Assembly: GCA_965287045.1 (NCBI GenBank)
Contig: OZ336878.1
Coordinates: 83,514,001 to 83,578,000, forward strand
Direction: 5' to 3'
Length of the DNA stretch: 64,000 nt
Source: Carcharhinus amblyrhynchos
Lineage: Eukaryota
The stretch's first letter is position 1. Every line of letters starts with the position of its first letter. A model generated the notes under the pieces. The model saw only the letters and a list, made by a program, of their open reading frames with translations, did not search any database and was not told where the DNA came from. The translations under genes and the position numbers were made by a program. Shown one piece after another: positions 25,342 to 38,258 of this stretch.

Positions 25342-27767
25342 ACCAAAGATCATCAAGTCCAGACGGGCAGAAATCCAACTTGCTCAGCGAACTATATGTA
25401 TCAGATCAAAACAAGTCTGCAATCTTTGATAGCCGAGCTGATGAGTTTTCTCGAAGCCCTTCACCAGTTTTCAAATCCCGTGCAAAATCTCGACCTGATT
25501 TTGTTGAGGGACTAGATGATGTGCCATCATTCCCCAGTCAAAAGGGAGCTCTCGAATGCGGCCTTTTGCCAGATCGGTTGGCGACTAGGTCTGAGGACGG
25601 TTCTGGAGATGAAAGTATTGTGTCCAGTCATCAATCTGTGCAAGACGATGTCCAGGAAGAACTAGAAAATATAAAATCCGAAGATTCCGACTTGGATGAC
25701 ATACTTGGTCTCTCTCGGCAATCCAGTAAGTCCGAGCCTTTATTGAAACTAGACAGTGAAAAACCACAGCCCCTCGATATCCCTGAACTTATCGAGGGAT
25801 TGACTCAGCGAAGCACAGTCATATGTGATGATTCGCAACAATCATTTATAGTTGCACACATTGAAAAGAAGTTTGAAGACTTGAAGTGTGAAAAGCGTGA
25901 CTTAGACAAGGAACGCCATACTGATGAGGAAGAAGAAACAAGTTATCGGTCAGTCAATTCTGTGAAATCCGCTAAGTTGGAAACCTCAGTTGGATTTGAG
26001 AGTTCTCACTATAGGGCTTTGGAGAAAACACCAACAAAGAATGATTCCTATCCTCAAGATTTTGAGTGCCCTTCCCCGGGTAAGGCAACAACTTACTCAG
26101 AAGACTTTGAGTCATCGCCAAGAAAACAGGCATCTGAAGACCTGGGTGAAAGTTCACATGCTTTGAGTTGCAAATCTGCATCCAAATCTGCAGAGATCCT
26201 TTCACCAAGAAATGAGGTTACTTATGATGAGAATATTGCTAAGACCCAAGTGTGCTCCTATCCTGAATGTTCCAAGCAGGAGGAAATTAGTAGTATAGTG
26301 GAGAAGTTTCCTCAAAGTGTCTCATCAAGCATTGTTATAGATGATGAAATCAGTGAGCGGCTGAGTGAGAAATCCTTTTCCAGCTGTGGTAGTGTCCATT
26401 CGGAGCAACTTCTGGATTTGAAATCGCCAACTGAAAAGAGCAGAAATGAGGAACGAAGTGATGCCAGCAATGAAGAGCAGACACCTGTGCCATCACACTC
26501 TCCCTCTCCATGTCACACCCCAACTCCTACATCACATGAAACAGATGAGCTGCCTGAATTCCACATTGGTGCCAGAGTTTTAGTTAGCAGCATCCAACCA
26601 GGAACACTTCGCTTCAAGGGAAGAACAAACTTTGCCAATGGTTTTTGGGCTGGTGTGGAGCTGGATAAGCCAGAAGGCAGTAATAATGGCACATATGATG
26701 GAGTTGAGTACTTCACATGCAAGGACAAGTATGGCATCTTTGCTCCTCCCCATAAAATTTCCCTTCTACCTGAGCGTTATGAGGAAGTCATAGATACAAC
26801 AGAAGACGAAGATGATCCGTTCTTAGAGGTTAAATTAGATCAAGATTACAAAACACGCAGTGGGGAAGAGGAAAGGCCAGAGCTTTCAAAAGAAGAAGAA
26901 AGAAAACTGCAGGCTGGAGAGTCTGATCTAAGCGAAACCCCTGTTGATCAAGTAGCTTTTAAAATGCTGACTGCATTTGAAAACAACTTAAGGGATCAAT
27001 GTGCGAGCAATCAGTTTTTTGAACCTGATACCATTGAGTTGTTGCATAATATCCATGATTCTGTCAAGGCAGTGGAGCCTTTTGTACGTGATCAGAATTT
27101 ACAGGAAAATTTGCCCAAGTCTGGTGAGGAGGAACAGTTAGCAAATTTGAGCAAAGACCAGGATGAAGAAAAGTTTAACCCACCTGATGTGCCCATTGAG
27201 AAGGCATCCATGACTATAATAGAGACAGCTACTGATTTTGTCACTGAGTTGTCTGTGTGTTCTTCTGGTGAAACAAAAGAGGAATTTTCACCTGCTGTGC
27301 ATGAGAAATCTTCAACTCCTCTCTTGGATTTACTGAACAGGGAAAAGAAGCAACTTGAGGCCCAGTTTAGAGTATCAAACCTTATGCCTGAATCCGAGAA
27401 AATATATGAGGAGAATGAGGGCTTTAAAGAAGAGGAACCGAAGGACAATCATGAAGACAGTGAGGACCATAAAAGAGAAGATCAGAAGAGCATTGAGACA
27501 AAAGCCAGCTCTTTGGCTGATACTATCCTGTCTTCTTTTGTCAAAGACACTGTCAGTCAATTGCAGCAACTCAAGAAATCTCGCGATGAGAAGATCCATT
27601 TTACTAATCAAGAGTTGCAGTTCAAATCGGATGCTGAATCCTCACCCAGGTCATCTCCCAAGGGTCTGGAGATACAGATTGAGACCATTGTCCAACTACC
27701 TGCTGAAAAGGATGACAGTGATGAGGATAAGGAGGAAGCATTATCTCCAGATCTTTGCCCTAGACCT
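25342..27767 (+). CDS. CEP350: CEP350 large exon (2426 bp) containing the CAP-Gly domain (~26559-26759)
   Basis: atacag| acceptor in frame with ORF 25380..27842, CCT|gtgagt donor; CAP-Gly FHIGARVLV...GTLRFKGRTNFANGFWAGVELDKPEGSNNGTYDGVEYFTCKDKYGIFAPPHKI; ends SPDLCPRP. Confidence 0.95.
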
Positions 27768-28554
27768 GTGAGTATTAATTTTGAACCTATATTTTGGGAT
27801 GGATTTTACTTTTTAAAAATTGGAGATGTGGATGAATTTTGAATGGGAGATGTTGTATATCATAAAGCTATAATGTAATTGTTTTAACAAAAATTCCAGA
27901 GGCCTATTAAGCTCCCAAAAGTTTTACCGACTCATTGCCATGGAAACAAGCCACTCCAATTTTTCAGGCACATCATTTTCAAAGGGTTTCCAAAAAAACA
28001 TGGACCCTTTAAGATTATTATAAGGAATATCTTGCTCATTCAAACCTTGGTGAATCTCCTTAAACTTCCTGGTGTCTGGGTGTTTTCACCTTGCCGATCA
28101 GTTCATAAAATGTCTGCTAATACGTTAGGTTATATCTCAGGTTCATGACTGTTTCTGTAATTAATGAGATTAGGACTTTGTGATCGCCATTGAAATTTAT
28201 CAGGCCGTTCCCTCCTGCACATGCTTACCCTTTAAAAGGGAAGTACCTTTTAAACCAAATCTTTTTTAAACTAAGTCCTGAATAATTTTTTAAAAAATCT
28301 TGGATTTGTTCAATATATGTGGCGTTTATTAAAGCACAGTATCCTGAAGCAATGTCCATAGACTGAACAATTATGTGATTAGAAGAACAAGAATATAATT
28401 ATTATTAAATGACTTTTACAAATGAATATTCTGTTGGAAGCACAGCTTTCTTCACGAATGTGTGACAGGCAGTCATATTTTTCATACATCATATTCACAG
28501 AGATAGCAAGTCATTGAAGAAGGTGCTTGGGTCATTTTGATTTGACACAGCAAC

Positions 28555-29940
28555 ATAGAATCATAGAATCCCAACAGCAAAGCCAATTTGGCCCATTGAG
28601 TCTGCATGGACTCTACAATAGAGCAGCTTAGCAAGGCCTATCCCTGCCCAATGCTCACATTCCCACATATTTATTCCACCAATCCCCCCTAACCTACACA
28701 TCTTGGGACACTAAGGGCAACTTAGCACACCAATCCACCTAACCTACTCTTCTGTGGACTGGGAGGATGATGTGCAAATGCTGGCATGGACTGGGGTAAA
28801 CACAGTAAGAAGTCTCACAACACCAGATTAAAGTCCAACAGGTTTATTTGGTAGCACAAGCCACTAGCTTTCGGAGCACTGCCCCTTCATTGGGTGAGTG
28901 AGAATTCTGTTCACAAACAGGGCCTATAAAGACACAAACTCAATTTACAAAATAATGATTGGAATGCGAGATTTTACAGGTAATCAAGTCTTAAAGGTAG
29001 AGACAGTGTGAGTGGAGAGAGCATTAAGCACAGGTTAGAGAGATGTGTATTGTCTCCAGCCAGGACAGTTCGTGAGATTTTGCAAGCCCAGGCAAATCAT
29101 GGGGTTACAGATAGTGTGACATGAACCCAAGATCCGGTTGAGGCCATCCTCATGTGTGCAGAACTTGGCTATCAGTTTCTGCTCAGCGACTCTGCATTAT
29201 CGTGTGTCGTGAAGGTCACCTTAGAGAACGCTTACCCGAAGATCAGAGGCTGAATCTCATGTGAGAACACCATCCACCAGGGATACGGTACATACCCTTG
29301 CAACTTGGCCAATGTTGCCTGTCTGATGTGCTGTAGGAAATGATGTCCCGAGGCATGGTACATTGGGGAGACCATGCAGACACTACGACAACGGCTGAAT
29401 GAACACTGCTCGACGATCACTAGGCAAGAATGTTTTCTTCCTGTTGGGGAATACTTAGCGGTCACAGGCATTCGGCCTCTGATCTTCGGAGTGATTGCTG
29501 AAGTGGGCGTGACTTGCCTGGGCTTGCAAAATCTCACTAACTGTCCTGTCTGGAGACAATACATGTCTTTTTAACCTGTGCTTAACACTCTCTCCACTCA
29601 CACTGTCTGTACCTTTAAGGCTTGATTACCTGTAAAGACTCGCATTCCAACCATTATTTTGTAAATTGAGTTTGTGACTTTATGTGCCATGTTTGTGAAC
29701 AGAACTCTCACTCACCTGATGAAGGGGCAGCGTTCCAAAAGCTAGTGGCTTGTGCTACCAAATAAACCTGTTGGACTTTAACCTTGTGTTGTGAGACTTC
29801 TGACTGGGAGGAACCAGAGCACCAAGAGGAAATCCATGCAGCCACTGGAAGAATGTGCAAACTCTACACAGTCACCCAGAGCTGCAAACAAACCTGGGTT
29901 CCTGGCGCTGTAACACAGCAGTACTAATCACCTTGCCATC
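28555..29940 (-). mobile_element. HE1-type SINE (CR1-type tail) split by a Penelope-like insertion
   Basis: catagaatcatagaatccc tail and core at 28555-28767 continue at 29802-29940 with the SINE head. Confidence 0.8.
28768..29801. mobile_element. Penelope-like element with inverted arms and GIY-YIG fragments
   Basis: TSD gactgggagga at 28757-28767 and 29802-29812; CPEAWYIGETMQTLRQRLNEH on + strand; endonuclease C-terminus on - strand; degenerate hammerhead motifs on both arms (~28861-28900 -, ~29712-29748 +). Confidence 0.9.
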
Positions 29941-30435
29941 CATAAATCCTAACTTTATTCTTGCACTGTTTAGGAAAACTCTGAGGAGATGCAGCAGTTA
30001 AACTGGAAGTGGTCAAGTTGTCAAAAACTCAATTTTAGATTATTCAATTTGAAATTGTTCACTACCCAAAGCACACCACAGTTAGCAGGGTGAAACGGAA
30101 TCCTCCAAACTAACTCCAATCTGACAGATTTATACAACACATATCAATCAAAAACAGTTGCCTAAAATACACCTTGTCATATCTATGTCTGTTTTCATTA
30201 CGAATACCTTTTGAGGGAGTTTGACTGGTTTCGTCATGACATAACTGTCCCTAAATGAATCAAAAGTAATATCCCCCTCATTCTCCACACATTATCATAG
30301 TTCGCAGTGTGATATCTCCCTTTGAGCTCTGGAATAACAACTGGAGAGGGCATATTGATTACGCCACCTGGATAAATGTCCTTTTGTAACGTGGTTTTAC
30401 AGCTAAGAAAGACTTCTTAAAGATACTTTGCAACA

Positions 30436-31845
30436 TTACATAGAATCATAGAACCATATAACACTACAGCACAGAAATAGGTCTTTTTGCCCTTCTTGCC
30501 AGACCATTTTTCTGCCTAGCTCCACTGACCTGCACCTGGACCATATCCCTCCACACCCCTCTCATCCATGTACCTGTCCAAGTTTTTCTTAAATGTTAAA
30601 AGTGAGCCCGCATTTACCACTTCATCTGGCAGCTCATTCCACGCTCCCACCACACTCTGTGAAGAACCCGCCCAATATTCCCTTTAAACTTTTCCCCCTT
30701 CACCCCTAACCCAAGTCCTCTAGTTTTTTTCTCCCCTAGCCTCAGTGGAAAAAGTCTGCTTGCATTCACTCCATCATAATTTTATACACCTCTATCAAAT
30801 CTCCCTCATCCTTCTACACTCTAGGGAATAAAGTCCTAACCTATTCAACCTTTCTCTGTAACTCAGTTTCTCAAGTCCTGGCAACATCCCTGTAAACCTT
30901 CTCTGCACTCTTTCAATCTTATTAATATCCTTCCTGTAATTAGGTGACCAAAACTGTACACAGTACTCTTAAATTTGGCATCATCAATGTCTTATACAGC
31001 CTCACCATAACATTCCAACTCTTATACTCAATACTTTGATTTAAAAAGACCAATGTTCAAAAAGCAGTCTTTATGACCCTATCTACCTGTGACGCCATAA
31101 TTATGTATTGTATTCCCAGATCCCTCTGTTCTATTACACTCTTCAGTGTCCTACTATTTACCTTGTATGTTCTACCTTGGTTTGTCCTTCCAAAGTGCAA
31201 TACCTCACACTTGTCTGCATTAAACTCCATCTGCCATTTTTCAGCCCATTTTTCTAGCTGGTCAAAACCCCTCTGCAAGCTTTGAAAACCTTCCTCACTG
31301 TCCACTACACCTCCAATCTTTGTATCAGCAAATTTGCTATCCAATTTACCACATTATCATCCAGATCATTAATATAGATGACAAACAACAATGAACCCAG
31401 CACTGATGTGTGTGGCACACCACTAGTCAAAGGCCTCCACTCAGAAGAAATCCTCCACTACCACTTGCTGGCTTCTTCCGTTGAGCCAATGTCTAATCCA
31501 ATTTACTACCTCTCCAGGTATACCTAGCGACTGAACCTTCCTAACTAACCTCCCATGCGGGACCTTGTCAAAGACCTTACTGAAGGCCATGTAGACAACA
31601 TCTACTACCTTCCCTTCATCCACTTTCCTGGTAACCTCTTGGCAAAACTCTATATTGGTTAAACATGACCCACCTCACACAAAGCCATGTTGACTCTCCC
31701 TAATAAGTCCCCGTCTAGCCAAGTATTTGTAGATCCTATTTCTTAGTACTCCTTCCAATAATTTACCTATTACTGATGTCAAACTTATTGGTCTATAATT
31801 TCCCGGATTACTTTTTGAGCCTTTTTTAAACAACGGAACAGCATG
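30436..31845 (-). mobile_element. CR1 LINE, degenerate
   Basis: ORFs 31057..31344 (WQMEFNADKCEVLHFG) and 31441..31623 (FSKVFDKVPHGRL); catagaa-type tail. Confidence 0.92.
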
Positions 31846-32256
31846 ATACATCTGAGATTATGTTTGTCACTTCCTTGGTTAAGGTTAAGTATTCTGAATT
31901 TTTAAAAAATTATCTTTGCCCCATTAAGTGGATTTTGTATGGAGTTGGAAGCCCTAACTTGCTGAAATAGAGGCTCTTTTATATCCAAGCTCCATGTGGA
32001 AATCTGAATTTTCATTTCACAGCTGAAAAATGGGCTCACAAGGTTCATGCCCTAAGTCTTAACCTATTAGACATACTCTGAGATTTAAAAAAAATACTGT
32101 TCTTGTATTGGTTGGCTTCTGATTTTTAATTTTCACAATTTATTAAAACCTCCTTTTGTCTATTTATAGTTTGAAAACAAAAATCCACCTCACCATGTTC
32201 CTGGCATCAAGTTGTCGGATTGTTCCAATAGTTTGTCTCTGTGTACTTTGCAACAG

Positions 32257-32643
32257 GGCAGCCCAGTGTTTGGCACAAGTGGGCAGGAAGAATTGGCCAA
32301 GCGCCTGGCAGAGCTAGAATTGAGTCGTGAGCTGCTCGATGACCTGGGAGATGACCAAGACTGGTTTGACGAAGACTTTGGTCTGAGCTGTCGTAAAGCA
32401 CAGCAGCCAGTTCAGGAACCCCCGTTGCCAAAGACTGTCCCTCAGAAATTCCACGAGGAGCCCTACTTTGCCGTACCTCATGATGCATTTGAGGTTGAGA
32501 AGTTGGTCCACGCAGCAGCCGAGGAGCTGTGGAAGTGGCAGGAGCTTGGCCACGATCTGTGGGACATGCAAATCCCCTCAGATTATTTCGGGAATAATAA
32601 AGGACAAGATGTCGAAAGCGTCAGCAAAAGAGTTTATTGTGAG
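32257..32643 (+). CDS. CEP350: CEP350 coding exon
   Basis: caacag| acceptor, GAG|gtgaga donor; encodes GSPVFGTSGQEELAKRLAELELSRELLDDLGDDQDWFDEDFGLS...; 129 codons, phase 0 to 0. Confidence 0.95.
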
Positions 32644-33599
32644 GTGAGATCTGGTTTTTGTGTTTAAAGACAAAATTTGTATCTTACTTCGACAGCGCCA
32701 TAGCAGCTCTAGTTCATGATGCACATAACTGATAGAAATGTTGAAATTAAGGGTAAGTCTGCAGTAATGCCAGAGTTCTGCTGTCAACTCAAATATACAA
32801 GTTTAAAAATATCACCTTGATCCTGATGACTGCTCTAAATTCCATTTGCAAACTCGTCCATTCCCATTCAAAACTCCTTTCTCCTCCACAGTTTCTATTC
32901 TCTCACCATTAATTTGTCTGCTTCATATTTCCCCCATTGAACTCCATCTGCCATAGCCTTACCTACTCATTGGATCTTCTGGTTCCATATGTTCAATGTA
33001 TAATTCCCTCTTCCAGCCACTCTAAATATGTTTACATACTCTTTGTTCCCTCAAATAGTGTCTTACTGATGCATTGTCAACCATTGCAACCAGTCTTTGA
33101 TTATTTACTTTCTTCAAACTTTCTTGAATCTTGATGATCTCCTGAAGGTCATCCCAGTAACCTTAGTATGAAGATAGTTCTAACTTCCCAAATCCATGAT
33201 TATGACTACAGTCCTTTTCTGGTTACACCTTAATGAATTTACATTGTAAATATTCAACATTAGAGGTTCCCAAAATGGTACACATAATGTTGTCTCTTCT
33301 ACTTTGTTGATTTATGAATCTAGATGGAGCAGCAAGGCTGTTTGCCTTTATTTGCAGCCTTACCTATCACCCTAATTGGCCTATGTAATGCAATTACTAC
33401 GTGACCTCTTCTCCATCCCATTTAGAATCTTACCATTTCAAGTATACTTCCTCATCCATTCAAAATTATCACTTCATACTTGCTAAATTAAATGGCAATT
33501 TCCCACTAGGGTTCAACTGCAGCCACAGATACATTCCTGCAGTCTCAATATGATTATCATCTCCCCACCCGCTAACCAAATTAGTCATTGTGATAATGT

Positions 33600-35013
33600 T
33601 AACATAGTAACTAGAAGCAGGAATAGGCCATTCGGTCCTTAGGGCTTGCTCCACTATTTGGCTGATCATCCAACTCAATCACATGATCCTGCCTTCCCTC
33701 CATATCCTTTGACCCCTTTGCTTCAAGAACTATATCTAACTCCTTCTTGAAAACATAAAATGATTTGGCCTCAACTGTTTTCTGTGGTAGAGAATTCCAC
33801 AGGCTCACCACTCTCTGGGTGACTAAATTTCCCCTAGTCTATGTCCTAAAAGGATTACCCCATATCCTTAGAACCCTGGTTTTGGGTTACCCCGCCATCA
33901 GGACCATCCTTCCTGTGGCTACCCTGTCTACTCCAGTTAGAACTTTATAGGTTCCTATGAGCTCCCCCCTTCATTCTTCTGAACTCCAGTGGATATAATG
34001 CTAACCGACTCAATCTCTCCTCATACGTCAGTCCTGCTATCCCAAGAATCGGTCTGGTAAACCTTCTCTGCACTGAATAGCAAGAACATCCTTCCTCAGA
34101 TAAGAAGACTGAAACTGCACACAATATTCAGATTTGGCCTCAAGGCCCTGTACAATCGCAGCAAGACATCCCCACTCCTGTACTTGAAACCTGTCACTAT
34201 GAAGGCTAGCATACCGTGTGCCACCTTCACCACCTGCTGCACCTACATGCTTACCTTAGTGGAACATAGAACATTACAGCGCAGAACAGGCCCTTCGGCC
34301 CACGATGTTGCACCGACCAGTTTTTTTTTTAAAAAAACACTGACCCACTAATCTAAACCAATCCCTTTTCGTCCATAAACCTATCCACAGATCTCTTAAA
34401 CGCCCCCAAACTAGGCGCATTTACAACCGCAGCAGGCAGGGCATTCCAATCCCTCACCACCCTCTGGGTAAAGAACCTACCCCTGACATCCGTCCTATAA
34501 CTACCACCCCTTAATTTAAAGCCATGCCCCCTCGTGCTAGCATTCTCCATCCGAGGAAAAAGGCTATCACTATCCACCCTATCTAAACTTCTAATCATCT
34601 TATATGTTTCAATAAGATCCCCTCTTAGCCTCCTTCTTTCCAGCGAAAACAACCGCAAATCCCTCAGTCTCTCCTCATATGACCTCCCCTCCATACCAGG
34701 CAACATCCTGGTAAACCTCCTCTGCACCCTCTCCAAAGCCTCCACGTCCTTCCTGTAATGTGGGGACCAGAACTGCACACAGTACTCCAAGTGCGGCCGC
34801 ACCAGAGTTGTGTACAGTTGCAACATGACGCTGCGACTCCTAAATTCAATCCCCCTACCAATAAACGCCAAGACACCGTATGCCTTCTTAACTACCTTAA
34901 CATCCAGGTCTTGGAGCACATTCCCATCTCTTAATTTATAGCTGTTCAGGTAATCTGCCTTCCTATTTTTGCTACTAAAGTAGATAACCTCACATTTATC
35001 CAAATTACATTGC
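33600..35013 (-). mobile_element. Older CR1 fragment (33600-34260, 34900-35013) with a younger CR1 (34263-34899) nested in it
   Basis: Second gaacatagaac tail at ~34263; ORF 34353..35015 is a chimera of the two; both show LFSLE/RGDLIETYK motifs. Confidence 0.85.
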
Positions 35014-35923
35014 ATATCTTGTTCTCTTGATTTTTAAGTCAAGATTGTGTACTATTAGAGCAGTTAGGGCAAAATGGTTCCAGTGGGCCCTCTTCGCACT
35101 CCACATCATTCTAGTCCAAAGTCTTTTTTTTAAACCATGACCCTTTCTTTATTCTCTCCTATTTGATCACATTCTCCTTAATTCCAGCTGCTGTTGACTT
35201 TTGCCCTGCTTCCTACGTGGGAACTTATGGAATTATTTCAGAAAATCCATATAAATCACATACACTGCATTTTCTTCATCAATACCTTTTGATAGATCAT
35301 AGCCTCAGTATTAGAAATCAATGCTGCCTCTCCCTGATTAGCTTCAGTCTCAAGTGCTCGGAAATATTGACTGAACAATTTATCAATAAATGTAGCAAAC
35401 CTAACCAGTCTAGAAGTTCCTAACTTTGTTATGGAGTCCATTTGAGTATTTCACATTGACTGCCCTTCGATCCTCTGGCAGAATTTTGCTTTTTATGGAA
35501 TGTTAGAAGCTGATAGCTAGAACTACTGCTGATTCCTTTTCTACTTTCCACACAATCATCATATATGAGCTATTTGGTAACACTGATTTGTTTCTGTTAT
35601 GTTTGTTATCCCTTTCAGTTACAATACCTTTTATGGTACCATTATAGTAACCTTGTCTACCTTTGGTGGTCCGACAGTCCTATTAACCCTCTCCTCTATA
35701 AGAGAGTATCTCTGCCATGCATTCAGTCTTGTAAGTCAATAGAATTCTAAATTCATACTTGGTTTAGATAGTGAAGCAAGTAGTTCTGTTTTTTGCATTG
35801 TGAACAGAATTTCCTTTTGTTTTAGGTGTTTTCAATGGCAATTTTTTGAAAAGGTGTTTGGGTACAGGAAGAAATTAGTCTAAATTCTTCTCTCTTTTTC
35901 TCTCTCTCTCTCTCCCCTTCCAG

Positions 35924-36070
35924 GCTGTATTTAACTTGACGAGAGAGATTTTTGCTGAGATTTTTGCTGAAGACCCCAATATCAGCCAGCCCCCATGGAT
36001 GAAGCCCAGCAGGATTAGCTCTGCTTATTTTAGACGAGTGAGGAATCCACAGGATTTTAATGAAGTGAAG
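35924..36070 (+). CDS. CEP350: CEP350 coding exon
   Basis: (CT)n tract plus ccag| acceptor, AAG|gtaatt donor; encodes AVFNLTREIFAEIFAEDPNISQPPWMKPSRISSAYFRRVRNP...; 49 codons. Confidence 0.94.
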
Positions 36071-36396
36071 GTAATTATTCCATATAATCTTCTCATCCCA
36101 CTTGTCAGAAATCATGTAAGTATGATTCTGGTTGGAGCTGATATGCATAGATTGAGTTGATAAATGACTCAGTTAAGCATTGTAAATAGCAGCCAAACTC
36201 TCCAGTGATTGCTGGAGAACCCCATTTTACTGCAAGATCGATACACGGTTTTAATAACTTGGTATTACCTGTGGTGGAGTGGAACCCTCATCTTTGAATC
36301 AGAAAATTGTGGATTTTCGATTCTGTCCAGAGTTTTGTATAATCCAAGCTGTGGCAATCCCAATACAATACTGTGGCAGTGCTGCAATATCAGTGC

Positions 36397-38258
36397 ATAA
36401 GAACATAAGAACATAAGAACATAAGAAATAGGAGCAGGAGTAGGCCATCTGGCCCTTCGAGCCTGCCCCGCCATTCAATAAGATCATGGCTGATCTGTCG
36501 TGGCTCAGTTCCACTTTCCCGCCCTCTCCCCATAACCCTTAATCCCCTCTCTTATCAAAAACCCATCAACCCGCTTCTTAAAAATATTTAGCGAGGCAGC
36601 CTCCACCACTTCAACGGGCAGAGAATTCCAGAGATTCACCACCCTTTGAGTGAAGAAGTTCCTCCTCAACTCCGTTCTGAACCGCCCCCCCTTTATCTTG
36701 AGGCTGTGCCCCCTAGTCCTACTGTCTTTTTTGAGCGGGAAGAGTCTTTCCACCTCTATCCTATCCATCCCATTCATCATCTTATACGTCTCAATGAGAT
36801 CTCCCCTCATTCTTCTAAACTCTAACGAGTACAAGCCTAGTTTATTCAGCCTCTCCTCATAGCTCAACCCCCTCAACTCCGGTATCAGCCTAGTAAACCT
36901 CCTCTGCACTCCCTCCAGGGCCAAAATATCCTTGCGCAGGTGCGGCGCCCAAAACTGCACACAGTACTCCAGCTGCGGCCTCACCAATGCCCTATACAGC
37001 TGCAGCAAGACCTCCCTACTTTTATATTCAATCCCCCTCGCTATGAAGGCCAGCATCCCATTCGCCTTCCTGACCACCTGCTGCACTTGCAGGCTGGGTT
37101 TTTGCGACTCATGCACAAGGACCCCGAGGTCCCTCTGCACCGTCGCCTGCTGCAGTTTTTCGCCACGTAAGTAATAGTCCTTCCTACCATTCTTCCTACC
37201 AAAGTGGACCACCTCACACTTGCCAACATTAAATTCCATTTGCCATTTCCTGGCCCATTCGCCCAGCCTATCTAGATCCTTCTGCAGACTCTCCACACCC
37301 TCCGCACAATTTGCCTTTCCCCCAATCTTGGTGTCATCAGCAAATTTCGACACCCTACACTCGGTTCCCTCCTCCAGATCATCTATATAAATGGTAAATA
37401 GCTGAGGCCCCAGCACCGACCCCTGGGGCACCCCACTAGTCACCAACCGCCAATCCGAATAGCACCCATTGACCCCCACTCTCTGCCTCCTATTTGACAA
37501 CCAATCCTCTATCCACGCTAACACCCTACCCCCAACTCCATGTCCTCTGACCTTCTGCAGTAACCTCTTGTGAGGTACCTTATCAAACGCCTTCTGAAAA
37601 TCCAGAAAGACCACATCCACCGGCTCTCCTCTATCCACCGCCCTAGACACATCCTCATAGAACTCCAGTAAATTTGTCAGACACGACTTCCCTTTAATGA
37701 AACCGTGTTGCGTCTGCCCTATCAAGCAATTCCCTTCAAGATGCCTCGCAATTTCCTCCTTAATGACGGATTCTAACATTTTACCTACCACAGACGTTAA
37801 ACTAACCGGCCTGTAATTCCCCGCCTTTTGCCTGGCACCCTTCTTAAACAACGGCGTAACATTAGCCGTTTTCCAATCCTCCGGCACTTCCCCGGAATCC
37901 AGCGACGTCTGGAAAATAACCACCAAGGCATCCACTATCACCTCCGCCATTTCTTTCAGAACCCTCGGATGCATTCCATCCGGTCCTGGGGACTTGTCCA
38001 CAATCAGCCCCTCCAGTCTGTCGCGCACCACCTCTCGAGTAACAGTAATGTCATTAAGACCCTCCAGTCCTACCACCTTTCCATCGCTAACACCCGGCAA
38101 ATTATTCACGTCCTCCTCCGTGAAGACAGAAACAAAAAAGTTATTCAAGACCTTAGCCATATCCCCATCCCCTACCACTAGGTCCCCTTTCTCATCCGCT
38201 AAGGGACCAACGTTCACCCTAGCCAGCCTCTTCCTTTTTATATATTTATAAAAACTCA
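36397..38258 (-). mobile_element. Young CR1 LINE, 5'-truncated, with uninterrupted 584-aa RT ORF (36505..38259)
   Basis: [45 protein letters not shown] all intact; four copies of the 8-bp (a)cataaga tail. Confidence 0.97.

Noticed and set aside
25380-27842. Stand-alone 820-aa gene
   Set aside because: It begins at TTG and is bounded by splice sites in phase with neighbouring exons; it is an internal CEP350 exon
34353-35015. Novel 220-aa protein
   Set aside because: Chance in-frame fusion of a younger CR1 nested in an older CR1
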